A stretch of DNA of 61,559 bases, taken from positions 1 through 61,559 of the forward strand of contig LFTI01000013.1 in the NCBI GenBank assembly GCA_001513285.1, in the 5' to 3' direction. This DNA is from Rikenellaceae bacterium DTU049. Its GTDB lineage: Bacteria > Bacteroidota > Bacteroidia > Bacteroidales > DTU049. Position numbers and translations under genes: made by a program. The notes beneath the pieces were generated by a model, which was given only the letters and a program-made list of their open reading frames with translations, was not told the origin of the DNA and did not search any database. Shown here piece after piece: positions 28,604 through 37,564 of this stretch; positions within the stretch are counted from its first letter, which is position 1, and every line of letters starts with the position of its first letter.

Positions 28604-29685
28604 ATGTTAAACTTTTCATGTTAAATATTTTTATTAATTTTGTAAAAAATATAAAAATTATGGAATATTCAATTGAAAACATAGAAAAAATCCTGGCTCT
28701 GACCAAGGAGGGCAAACGTGAATTCCTAGATAATCTCTATGAATTCCTCAATGAGAATAGATTGACAGCATTAGATTATCAGAGAATAAAGATTTTATCA
28801 ACAGCTCCCATTTGCCCTAGGTGTGATTGCGAATATGTAACTAAAGCTGGTGTGAGTGATGGCAGACAAGTCTATAAATGTAAAAAATGTGGCTATAGAT
28901 TCAGAGAAACTGCAAAATCACTTGTCTATTATTCGCATAAATACTACCTTTTAATGGATTATATAAAATGTATGTTAGAAGGTAAAAGTCTTAGGGCTTG
29001 TGCTAGAGAAGTTGGCATCAGTTTACCAACAAGTTTCAAATGGAGACATAAAATTCTATCTGCCATTCGAGGATTAGAGGGAGGAATTAGTTTCTCTGGA
29101 ATAACAGAAGCTGATGAGCTATTAATGCAATATTCAGAAAAAGGTCGCAAATACAAAACTCTAGAAGAAAAAGAGCAAGCTATGAATACTGTCCATCCTA
29201 ATGTTGCTGTATTGGTAATGACAGATAGGGAAGGTAATTTGCTTTTCAAACACATTGGAGAAAATAGAGTCCAGAATAGTCAGATAAAAGAAGAGCTAAA
29301 GCGAAGAGTATCAGAGAAAAATTTGATATGTTTTAAGCCAAATGAAGAGTTCACGCAAGCAGTGAAAGAATCACCAAGCAAAAAAGTATTAGTAAGACGT
29401 AAAACAAAGGGATTAGCAGTTTATAGTGTAAATGTAGCAGAGAAAAAGATCACTAATTTTCTAATTTGGATGATGAGATTCAGAGGAGTAGCAACAAAGT
29501 ATTTGCAGAACTACCTTATGTGGTTTGTAGTGATGAATAAGTACTTGAAAGATGAGGTAGAGTCAGACATTGGGCGACTATTAAACTTGTCATCACACGA
29601 TAGGTGGGCGTGGGAGCGGTATTTTAGATTAATGAAGTTGAAATATTAAATATCATGTAAAGTTTAACAAAAATGTTGTTTATAT
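28604..29685 (+). mobile_element. IS1595-family insertion sequence, complete copy 1 (1082 bp)
   Basis: Boundaries are set by where similarity to the inverted copy at 48590-49671 begins and ends. Imperfect IRs are tgttaaacttttcatg (28605-28620) and catgtaaagtttaaca (29654-29669). Confidence 0.85.
28660..29649 (+). CDS. IS1595-family (ISXO2-like) transposase, 329 aa
   Basis: Zinc ribbon CPRCDCEYVTKAGVSDGRQVYKCKKCGYRF, HTH GKSLRACAREVGISLPTSFKWRHKIL, and catalytic region starting ITEADELLM. Start set at MEYSIENIEK, which is shared with copy 2. Confidence 0.9.
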   Translation: MEYSIENIEKILALTKEGKREFLDNLYEFLNENRLTALDYQRIKILSTAPICPRCDCEYVTKAGVSDGRQVYKCKKCGYRFRETAKSLVYYSHKYYLLMDYIKCMLEGKSLRACAREVGISLPTSFKWRHKILSAIRGLEGGISFSGITEADELLMQYSEKGRKYKTLEEKEQAMNTVHPNVAVLVMTDREGNLLFKHIGENRVQNSQIKEELKRRVSEKNLICFKPNEEFTQAVKESPSKKVLVRRKTKGLAVYSVNVAEKKITNFLIWMMRFRGVATKYLQNYLMWFVVMNKYLKDEVESDIGRLLNLSSHDRWAWERYFRLMKLKY

Positions 29686-29748
29686 ACCCCCTCCCCTTAT
29701 TCTCAAATCACTAAAACTTATTTCACTTAATAGTTATAGCTCTCCCAT

Positions 29749-30000
29749 TTATTCAGCCTTCCCATCACTTCCATCTTCTAACTGTTTTATGATCTTGCTT
29801 ACCTCTTCTTCGGTATTTCTTAATTTATCTCTGCAATATTTAATCAATTCTGCTGCTCTTTGCACTTTGGGTAATAGCAAATCAATTGTAATATCACCTT
29901 GTTCTATCTCTGATACTATCTTTTGTAGCTCATTAAAAGCTTGTTCATAGCTCGTGGGTAAATTTAATTCTTCATTATTCATGATTTCTATTTTTTTCAA
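29749..30000 (-). CDS. xseB: Exodeoxyribonuclease VII small subunit
   Basis: SYEQAFNELQKIVSEIEQGDITIDLLLPKVQRAAELIKYCRDKL, overlapping xseA in an operon arrangement. Confidence 0.9.
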   Translation of the reverse strand: MKKIEIMNNEELNLPTSYEQAFNELQKIVSEIEQGDITIDLLLPKVQRAAELIKYCRDKLRNTEEEVSKIIKQLEDGSDGKAE

Positions 30001-31495
30001 CTTTTTTAATTTCTGCTTGGAAGTATTTTTTATAACCTTCTATAATTACTTCATCTCTAACATTTACATTATCTTCTGTTATAATTTTATTATCTTTTTT
30101 CATAATTAAATAACCCATTTTCTGTATATGCTTTGGATCAGACAATTCTATGATTTTTTGTGTTTCTTTAATATTTGTCCTAGACTCATTCATAAATTGC
30201 TTTATATTAAAGATAATAAAATTTTTTATTTCTTCGATTTGTGTTTGCTCATTTTTAATTATAAATGGAGTTTTATGTTTTATTATTAATGTATTATTAT
30301 AAAATTTTGCAGTTATAGAATTAATATAGATTTTTGAATTATTAGAAATATTAAAATAACTTTTTTGTAGCGTGTTGTAGGATTGTTCCAATTTAGATTT
30401 TAATATATTTTGCAAATTATGTACGATTTTGACTAAATTAAATGAGGATTTATTAATATTTGAATTAATAATATTAGAAAATGAGTTTATAGTTTTATCT
30501 AAATTTGATTGGTATGAATAAAGTTGAGCAGATGTATTGCGCAAAATTGAAAATTGTAGATTTTTAATTCTATTTTCATAATTTTTTTGTTGTTGGTTAA
30601 TAATATTTGTTAATTTATCTGCAATATTTAATAAATTATTTTCGAATTCTGCAGTTTTATCTATAATATAATATCCTAGATCTGTAGGAGTGATAGCCGA
30701 ATAATGTGCCACCATATCACTAACTGTTTGATTAGTAGAATGGCCGATTCCTGTTAATACTGGTAATGGGAAAGTAGCAATAGCTTTTGCTAAAGAATAA
30801 TCATTATATGCCGTCAAGCCTATCTCTCCACCTCCACCTCTTACTATCACTACTACATCATAAAAATCTTTTTTAATACTGATAATTCTTAGTTGCTCTA
30901 GAATGCTTTCAATAGCTTTTTCACCTTGTAAAATTGCAGGAAAAAGATTGTATTTATATTTATATGAGTAATCATTATTTGCTAATACACCAATGAAATC
31001 ATTAAAACCTTTACTTGTTTCAATGGAAATAATTGCTATTCTTTGTGGTACAAGAGGAAAAGGGATTTTTTTGTTAGCATCATAGATACCTTCTTCTTTT
31101 AATTTTTTAATAGTAAGTAATCTTTCTTGTTCTAGAATACCTTGAGAGTATGTGGTGTCTACGTCTAATATTCTAAGGCTAAGACCATATACAGGGTGAT
31201 AAGTAACTAAGCATTTAGCTAAGACTCTAATGCCATCTTTCATTTCTGTGCCCAGGACTTGCATAAATTTTCTTTGAATAGCCACAAAATCGCTAGACCA
31301 AATGATACCACGCATTTGAGCAACTATTTTATTTGTTGTTTCATCTTTTTCTACAAGTTCTGGATATGCATGTCCAGTACGGTACAGATTTATTTTCTGT
31401 ATGTCCATTAGTACCCAATAGCTACTAGTAAAATTTTGATTAATAATAGTAGTAATCTGGTTAGACAACTGTTTAAGAGTTATAAAATTTTCCAT
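29975..31495 (-). CDS. xseA: Exodeoxyribonuclease VII large subunit
   Basis: N-terminal OB-fold region and catalytic VIVRGGGG...GIGH motifs. Start moved from the TTG at 31504 to the ATG at 31495. A caaagtta box sits at 31502-31509. Confidence 0.9.
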   Translation of the reverse strand: MENFITLKQLSNQITTIINQNFTSSYWVLMDIQKINLYRTGHAYPELVEKDETTNKIVAQMRGIIWSSDFVAIQRKFMQVLGTEMKDGIRVLAKCLVTYHPVYGLSLRILDVDTTYSQGILEQERLLTIKKLKEEGIYDANKKIPFPLVPQRIAIISIETSKGFNDFIGVLANNDYSYKYKYNLFPAILQGEKAIESILEQLRIISIKKDFYDVVVIVRGGGGEIGLTAYNDYSLAKAIATFPLPVLTGIGHSTNQTVSDMVAHYSAITPTDLGYYIIDKTAEFENNLLNIADKLTNIINQQQKNYENRIKNLQFSILRNTSAQLYSYQSNLDKTINSFSNIINSNINKSSFNLVKIVHNLQNILKSKLEQSYNTLQKSYFNISNNSKIYINSITAKFYNNTLIIKHKTPFIIKNEQTQIEEIKNFIIFNIKQFMNESRTNIKETQKIIELSDPKHIQKMGYLIMKKDNKIITEDNVNVRDEVIIEGYKKYFQAEIKKVEKNRNHE

Positions 31496-31556
31496 ATATT
31501 GCAAAGTTAAGATAAAAAATTTTATTATTTTTGCACCTCAATAAAATTTAGGTTAT

Positions 31557-33326
31557 ATGAGTGCTAAAACTATTAAAATAAGAGATTTAACTTTGCGAGA
31601 TGGTCAGCAAAGTTTATTCGCTACTAGAATGAGTCAAGAACAAGTAGATAGGACCTTACCATTTTTCAAAGAAGCACATTTCTATGCAATGGAAGTATGG
31701 GGCGGAGCAGTTCCAGACAGTATTATGAGATTTTTAAATGAGGATCCGTGGAATAGGTTAAAAAAAATAAAAGAAGGCATTGGTGAAGCTAGCAAATTAA
31801 CTGCTCTATCTAGAGGTAGAAATTTGTTTGGTTATAATCCATATCCTGAATGGGTTATAGAAGGGTTTATCAAAAATGCTATTGCTGATGGTGTAGATAT
31901 TTTAAGGATTTTCGATGCATTAAATGATCTAGATAATTGTAAATCTTCAGTAGAATATTGCAAAAAATATGGTGCTATAGCAGATGGTGCTATTTGCTAT
32001 ACAGTAGATCCAGTTTTAGAACCTAAAAATTTCTTTGATAAAATATTGCATAGAAAGCAAAATAAAATCTTCACTACAGATTATTTTGTTAAGAAAGCAA
32101 AAACTTTCGAATCAATGGGTGCTAATATGGTTACTCTAAAAGATATGGCTGGATTAGTAACTCCTAAAGCTGCTTATGATATTATTTCTGCTTTCAAAAA
32201 AGAGCTATCTATACCCGTAGATTTTCATTCTCATAGTACTCCTGGATATGGGTTAGCTTCTACACTATCTGCTATTATTGCTGGTGCTGATATCATTGAT
32301 ACTAATTTATTCCCTTTCGCTGGTGGACCAGCAGCAGCATCTTTCGAAATAGTTTATCATTTTTGCAAAAAGCTAAATATCGATGTAGAAGCTGATATTT
32401 CTGTAATTCCTAAACTGCAAGAAATATTGATGGATATTCGCAAAGAGTTGAAGGCTTATGATCAATATCCTAATAATTATCCTAAAATGTTTGATCCTCA
32501 AAATCCTAATTTACCTGCTGAGGTAGAAAAATTATTTGATAATGCTATTAACCTTACTTACAAAAATAAATTTGATGATGCTTTAATAGTTTGTCAACAA
32601 ATAGAAGCATATTTTAATTTCCCAGCTCCTGATGAAGCAGTGAGAGATGCTCAAATTCCAGGTGGAATGTACACTAATATGACTTCACAATTACAACAAT
32701 TAAAATTAGAACATTTATTGCCTCGAGTGTTAAAAGCAGTGCCAAAAGTAAGAATAGATGCAGGCTGTGTACCATTAGTAACTCCTACAAGTCAAATAGT
32801 TGGTAGTCAAGCTGTCAATTGTATCTTAGATGAAAATAAAGATCTCCCATGGTACACTACTAAAAATACACAATTTATTAAATTAGTCGAAGGTGCTTAT
32901 GGTAAAACTCCTGTACCAATAGATCCTAAATTTAGAAAACTTATTACTGGTAGCGAACAAGAAAAACCTTATGACACTAGTACATATATGCCATTTCCTA
33001 ATAAAGAATTTCCTGAATATGGTAATAGAAAATTGTATAATAATGAAAAAGAACAATTGCTACTAGAACTTTTTCCTAATGTAGCCGAAGATTTTTTAAA
33101 GAAAAGAGTAGAATTAGAATATAAGAAAGAAAATGAAACAAAATTAAAAGAGCTCGAATTAAAAGAACAAAAAAAACGTGAAGCTATTCAAAAAGAAAAA
33201 GAAAAATATGCTAATATGACTCCAGAAGAGAAACAACAAAGATTATTATTTGGTTTATATAATTACTGGTCTATACAATTAGAAGACATTGGCGAGAGTA
33301 ATTATGATGATTATGATCTCAATTGA
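31557..33326 (+). CDS. Oxaloacetate decarboxylase alpha / transcarboxylase 5S-like carboxyltransferase subunit, with no recognisable biotinyl domain
   Basis: IRDLTLRDGQQSLFATRM...AMEVWGGA (HMGL-like TIM barrel) and HSHSTPG. The C-terminus is a K/E-rich coil with no AMKM biotin motif. Confidence 0.75.
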   Translation: MSAKTIKIRDLTLRDGQQSLFATRMSQEQVDRTLPFFKEAHFYAMEVWGGAVPDSIMRFLNEDPWNRLKKIKEGIGEASKLTALSRGRNLFGYNPYPEWVIEGFIKNAIADGVDILRIFDALNDLDNCKSSVEYCKKYGAIADGAICYTVDPVLEPKNFFDKILHRKQNKIFTTDYFVKKAKTFESMGANMVTLKDMAGLVTPKAAYDIISAFKKELSIPVDFHSHSTPGYGLASTLSAIIAGADIIDTNLFPFAGGPAAASFEIVYHFCKKLNIDVEADISVIPKLQEILMDIRKELKAYDQYPNNYPKMFDPQNPNLPAEVEKLFDNAINLTYKNKFDDALIVCQQIEAYFNFPAPDEAVRDAQIPGGMYTNMTSQLQQLKLEHLLPRVLKAVPKVRIDAGCVPLVTPTSQIVGSQAVNCILDENKDLPWYTTKNTQFIKLVEGAYGKTPVPIDPKFRKLITGSEQEKPYDTSTYMPFPNKEFPEYGNRKLYNNEKEQLLLELFPNVAEDFLKKRVELEYKKENETKLKELELKEQKKREAIQKEKEKYANMTPEEKQQRLLFGLYNYWSIQLEDIGESNYDDYDLN

Positions 33327-33437
33327 TAATTAGTCTCAAAATCATTGTGAATTAATTATTTGTTGTATAATAAATTAGGTTTAATTTTTTTGATAAAAAC
33401 TAATATTTTATTACTTTTGCAATAACAATATCATTTT

Positions 33438-34403
33438 ATGATAGGTAGAAGAATTTTGAGAATTAAAGTATTACAGAGTGTCTATGCGTTTCATTTATCA
33501 GAGAATAACGATTTACCTTCTGCTAGAAATTCATTAATTAAAAGTATTGATGATCTTGTAAGAATTTTTTTTATAAATATTTATTTTTTTATAAATTTTA
33601 TTAAGTTTTATAAAGAAAGACTCGAAAAAAATAAAGAAAAATTTTTCCCTTCTGAAGATGATATTAATCCTAACACTGTCATTATTGATAATGTTTTTAT
33701 TAATGATTTATTACATAATGAAAATTTGAAAAGTGGTCTTGATAATTTATCTCTAGATTTTCCTTTTGAAAGTGATTTATTCTGGGATGTATACAAAAAA
33801 ATCAAAGATTGGTATATTTATCAAAATTTTATCTCTAAAAATTTTTATACATTAGAAGATTATCAAAAATTTTATTCAAAGTTTTTTAAACAATTTATTG
33901 CTTTTCATCCATTACTAAAATCTTATTTAGAATCTGGCAATATCTCATGGAGTGATGATCAGAATAATATGGCTCTGATTACTTATATGTGGTTAAAAAA
34001 TTATAATCCTCAGAATAATGAATCTAAACTACCTCCACAACCATTTAAACCAATAAAAAACATTGGTGATGAAGACGATAAAGAATTTGTAAAAACGCTT
34101 TTTGATAATACTATCCTAAACAAAAACAAATGGGATGAAGAGATTCAAAAACATGCTCAAAATTGGGAATTGCATCGATTAAATCTTTTAGACCGTTATA
34201 TTATTCATCAAGCTATGACAGAGATCGTTTATTGTCCTACCATTCCTATTAAAACTTCTATAGATGAATACATTGAAATTGCTATTCAATTTTGTACTGA
34301 AAAAAGTCATCTTTTCATTAATGGACTCTTGCAAGCTATCATAGATGATTATAATAAACAAGGCCTAATTAATAAAACTGGTAGAGGATTAATAAGTAAT
34401 TAA
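33438..34403 (+). CDS. nusB: Transcription antitermination factor NusB (long Bacteroidota form)
   Basis: N-terminal RRILRIKVLQSVYAF and C-terminal W.LHRLNLLDRYIIHQAMTEI......IDEYIEIA..F.....LFINGLL. Confidence 0.8.
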   Translation: MIGRRILRIKVLQSVYAFHLSENNDLPSARNSLIKSIDDLVRIFFINIYFFINFIKFYKERLEKNKEKFFPSEDDINPNTVIIDNVFINDLLHNENLKSGLDNLSLDFPFESDLFWDVYKKIKDWYIYQNFISKNFYTLEDYQKFYSKFFKQFIAFHPLLKSYLESGNISWSDDQNNMALITYMWLKNYNPQNNESKLPPQPFKPIKNIGDEDDKEFVKTLFDNTILNKNKWDEEIQKHAQNWELHRLNLLDRYIIHQAMTEIVYCPTIPIKTSIDEYIEIAIQFCTEKSHLFINGLLQAIIDDYNKQGLINKTGRGLISN

Positions 34404-34409
34404 TCTTTT

Positions 34410-35051
34410 ATGAATAAAAAAGAATCTTTAGATAATATTTTGACAATTTTTGACAAAATAAATCCTAATCCTAAAACAGAATTAATTTATAAAGATGAAT
34501 ATCAACTGACAGTAGCTGTCATACTCAGTGCTCAATGTACTGATCAAAGAGTAAATATCATTACAAAAAATTTTTTTAAAAGATTCCCCGACTTTAAAAC
34601 TTTGTCATCAGCAACTATCGATGAAATCTTTGAACTAATAAAATCATGCTCCTATCCAAATAACAAAGCTAAATATTTAAAATCATTAGCAGATGAATTG
34701 ATGGACAAATATAATGGCATTTTACCTGTGAATTATGTAGAATTACTTACTCTATCAGGTATCGGACCTAAAACTGCCAAAGTGATTTTAAATGTTTTAT
34801 ATGATGCTCCTACCATACCTGTAGATACGCATGTCAAACGTGTAGCCACCAGATTAGGTTTCGTTAAAGACAAAGATACTCCCTTAAAAATTGAAAAAAT
34901 TCTATTAGAATTAGCTCCCCCAGAATATGTTAATCGAATACATCACTGGTTTATATTACATGGCAGATATGTGTGTACAGCTAAATCTCCCAAATGTATT
35001 AATTGTCCAATTTCTAAATATTGTGATTATTTTATAAAAAATTTCTCGTAA
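34410..35051 (+). CDS. nth: Endonuclease III (DNA glycosylase/AP lyase)
   Basis: HhH-GPD LSGIGPKTAKV, catalytic VDTHV.RV, and 4Fe-4S cluster C..KSPKC..CP....C. Confidence 0.92.
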   Translation: MNKKESLDNILTIFDKINPNPKTELIYKDEYQLTVAVILSAQCTDQRVNIITKNFFKRFPDFKTLSSATIDEIFELIKSCSYPNNKAKYLKSLADELMDKYNGILPVNYVELLTLSGIGPKTAKVILNVLYDAPTIPVDTHVKRVATRLGFVKDKDTPLKIEKILLELAPPEYVNRIHHWFILHGRYVCTAKSPKCINCPISKYCDYFIKNFS

Positions 35052-35072
35052 ATTTGTAAAAATAATAATATT

Positions 35073-36113
35073 ATGAAAAAATATGTGTTGGTAACTTTTT
35101 TTAATTTCATTACTATATTAGTTTTCACTCAGATACCTAATGGATATTATGATAATGCTCAGGGCAAATATGGACAAGAGCTTAGAGTGGCTTTATATAA
35201 TATTATAAAAACTAATGTAACAACTATTAGCTATGACCAATTATGGGATGCATATCCTAGAACTGATAAGAAACCAAATGGTAAAGTATGGGACATTTAT
35301 AGTGATATTCCTAATGGCACTCCACCATATGAGTATACATTTTTCGCAGATCAATGTGGTAATTATACTGGAGAAGGTGTTTGCTATAATAGAGAACACA
35401 CTGTACCAAAAAGTTGGTTTAATGAAGCCTCACCCATGTATAGTGATCTTTTTCATGTTTTACCTACTGACGGTTATGTGAATAGTATGCGAAGCAATCA
35501 TCCCTATGGCAAAGTAGGAAATGCAACCTGGACTTCTGAGAATGGTAGTAAACTTGGTAGTTCTGCAACTAGTGGATATTCTGGCACTGTCTTTGAACCT
35601 ATAGATTCCTTCAAAGGTGATGTAGCACGTATATATTTCTATATGGCTACTAGATATATGGACAAAATAGCTAATTGGACTGGTGAAAGTTTCCAAAATA
35701 GTGATTTATCTTCTTGGGCAAAAAATTTATTCCTGCAATGGCATCAGCTCGATCCTGTTAGTAGTAAAGAAAGAAAAAGAAATGATTCTGTTTATGTAAT
35801 CCAGCATAACAGAAATCCTTTTGTAGATCATCCTGAATGGGTTAATGACATCTGGGGGCCATCAGCCTCTATAAATAATTATGATTTTATTGCATATTTA
35901 TACACTACTAGTGACGCTATAAATGTTAATTTTGTGAATACTTTTGATAATTTGACGATAAAATTATTCTCTATACAAGGCCAACTAATTTATGATGCAG
36001 AAATAAATAATTCAAATAATTTTATCATTCCTATAACTTTCAATCAAGGAGTATACATTTTGACCATATATAATGACCAAAATATTTATACTGAAAAAAT
36101 CGTAATTGAGTAA
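35073..36113 (+). CDS. Secreted endonuclease I family nuclease with T9SS C-terminal sorting domain
   Basis: Signal peptide; YNREHTVPKSWF...DLFHVLPTDGYVNSMRSNHPYG matches the endonuclease I pattern. The last ~75 aa (LTIKLFSIQGQLIY...GVYILTIYNDQNIYTEKIVIE) resembles a type A T9SS CTD. Confidence 0.8.
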   Translation: MKKYVLVTFFNFITILVFTQIPNGYYDNAQGKYGQELRVALYNIIKTNVTTISYDQLWDAYPRTDKKPNGKVWDIYSDIPNGTPPYEYTFFADQCGNYTGEGVCYNREHTVPKSWFNEASPMYSDLFHVLPTDGYVNSMRSNHPYGKVGNATWTSENGSKLGSSATSGYSGTVFEPIDSFKGDVARIYFYMATRYMDKIANWTGESFQNSDLSSWAKNLFLQWHQLDPVSSKERKRNDSVYVIQHNRNPFVDHPEWVNDIWGPSASINNYDFIAYLYTTSDAINVNFVNTFDNLTIKLFSIQGQLIYDAEINNSNNFIIPITFNQGVYILTIYNDQNIYTEKIVIE

Positions 36114-36752
36114 ATGCCTTTAGTTTATTATAATAAGATTTCTAATGGACTAGAATTGGGTATTTGGCATATCACCGAGAGTGTAGATGAATTGCTTAAA
36201 TATTTATATTTGAATAAAGAAGAATTTGCTACACTATACTCTTTTAAAAGTGAAAAAAGAAAAAAACAATGGATGAGCTATAGAGCTTTGATCAGAACTT
36301 TAGTACAAACTGACTTTATTTATCGTATTTATTATGATGAAAATAATAAACCTTATTTAGTAAATCCACCTAGATCTATTAGTGTGAGCCATACAGATAA
36401 CTACTCGGCAGTACTAATAAATGAAAATGTTAATGAAATTAGAGGATTAGATGTAGAGAGGCTCTCCGAAAAAGCTTTTAGAAATAAAAACAAATTTCTC
36501 ACTGATGAAGAAATTAATTTATTACCTATTGATAATTTGTATTTTTATAGCACTTTATTCTGGTCTGCTAAAGAATCTGTTTATAAAAAATTAAATATCC
36601 CTAATATTTTTCTGAAATCAAATATTAAAATCGAAAATATAGATTTTGATAATAATATTATTAATGCCAAATTATTTTATAAAGATATTATTGTAAAAAT
36701 AAATGTTTTTTGGTCTATTTATGATTCTATGGTGATAACATATACTGACTGA
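36114..36752 (+). CDS. 4'-phosphopantetheinyl transferase (Sfp type)
   Basis: GLDVERL and WSAKESVYK motifs. The ATG directly abuts the stop of the nuclease gene. Confidence 0.75.
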   Translation: MPLVYYNKISNGLELGIWHITESVDELLKYLYLNKEEFATLYSFKSEKRKKQWMSYRALIRTLVQTDFIYRIYYDENNKPYLVNPPRSISVSHTDNYSAVLINENVNEIRGLDVERLSEKAFRNKNKFLTDEEINLLPIDNLYFYSTLFWSAKESVYKKLNIPNIFLKSNIKIENIDFDNNIINAKLFYKDIIVKINVFWSIYDSMVITYTD

Positions 36753-36835
36753 GAAATTGGAGACTGGGAGAGGGGGAGAAATATCAAAAATATGGGATAG
36801 TTTAAAAATATAAGATTTATTCTTTATAAAAAAGT

Positions 36836-36874
36836 AATTTATTCAAAAATATTCATTAATTTTACATAATAAAA
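36836..36874 (+). promoter_or_regulatory. 39-bp promoter-like direct repeat, copy 1 (near-consensus -7 box taatttta at 36857-36864)
   Basis: aatttattcaaaaatattcattaattttacataataaaa is identical to 40808-40846 except for one position. In both copies an ATG follows the box at 19-20 nt. Confidence 0.55.
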
Positions 36875-36883
36875 ATATTTTTT

Positions 36884-37543
36884 ATGCACACCGCCAAGGA
36901 GCTAGACAACGAGACCAGTTATACATATTTCGGGGCGAGATATTATGATAGTGAGCTGAGTGTGTGGCTGAGCGTGGATCCGATGAGTGATAAGTATCCA
37001 TCGCTATCGCCATATTGCTATACTGCGAATAATCCAATAATTTTAATAGACCCAGATGGCCGGGCTTGGAAACCTACAACATCAGATGATAAACCAAATG
37101 GTTATGTATGGGTGCCAGAAGGAATATATGAAGCCAAAGTTGGACTGCATAATGGAAATTACACTGCTTTAAGAATGGGCGATGTTGGAACAACAGATTT
37201 TAGCAATAATAGAATAGAATTAGGTACCGAAAATCCAGCTTACAGCGATGGTAGAACCTATGCTACTGGTATCAATATTCATAAAGCGGGTAAAAAAAAC
37301 TTTACTGGGGTTGACATGTATAGAAAGCCCGTTTCAGCAGGATGTATCTTAATAGATATTAATAACTGGAGTAGTTTTATTGGACACTTCAATAATGATG
37401 CTCAGAAAAACAATACAGTAAGTGTTAGTATATCCAGGACTTATAGAAAACCATTAAATTATAATTGGACAACGCCAGTATTTGATCCTCCAATAAATAA
37501 TAACATGATAGATAATACCAGGGTTGTAATACCAGGGTTGTAA
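36884..37543 (+). CDS. Orphan RHS C-terminal module: RHS-core remnant (~60 aa) plus toxin domain with a YkuD/L,D-transpeptidase-like H-x17-S-x-G-C motif
   Basis: SYTYFGARYYDSELSVWLSVDPMSDKYPSLSPYCYTANNPIILIDPDGRAW is the RHS repeat-associated core ending in DPxG. The tail has VPEGIY...INIHKAGKKNFTGVDMYRKPVSAGCILID. Confidence 0.8.
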   Translation: MHTAKELDNETSYTYFGARYYDSELSVWLSVDPMSDKYPSLSPYCYTANNPIILIDPDGRAWKPTTSDDKPNGYVWVPEGIYEAKVGLHNGNYTALRMGDVGTTDFSNNRIELGTENPAYSDGRTYATGINIHKAGKKNFTGVDMYRKPVSAGCILIDINNWSSFIGHFNNDAQKNNTVSVSISRTYRKPLNYNWTTPVFDPPINNNMIDNTRVVIPGL

Positions 37544-37564
37544 AACCATATAGGAGATAAAACC

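Noticed and set aside
28543-28659. 39-codon N-terminal extension of the transposase ORF in the track (and the 14-codon extension of copy 2 to 49657)
   Set aside because: The extension overlaps the stop of the saccharopine dehydrogenase gene, runs through its terminator hairpin and crosses the IS boundary. The flanks of the two copies differ upstream of the IS end, and both share the ATG at MEYS(I/T)ENIEK.
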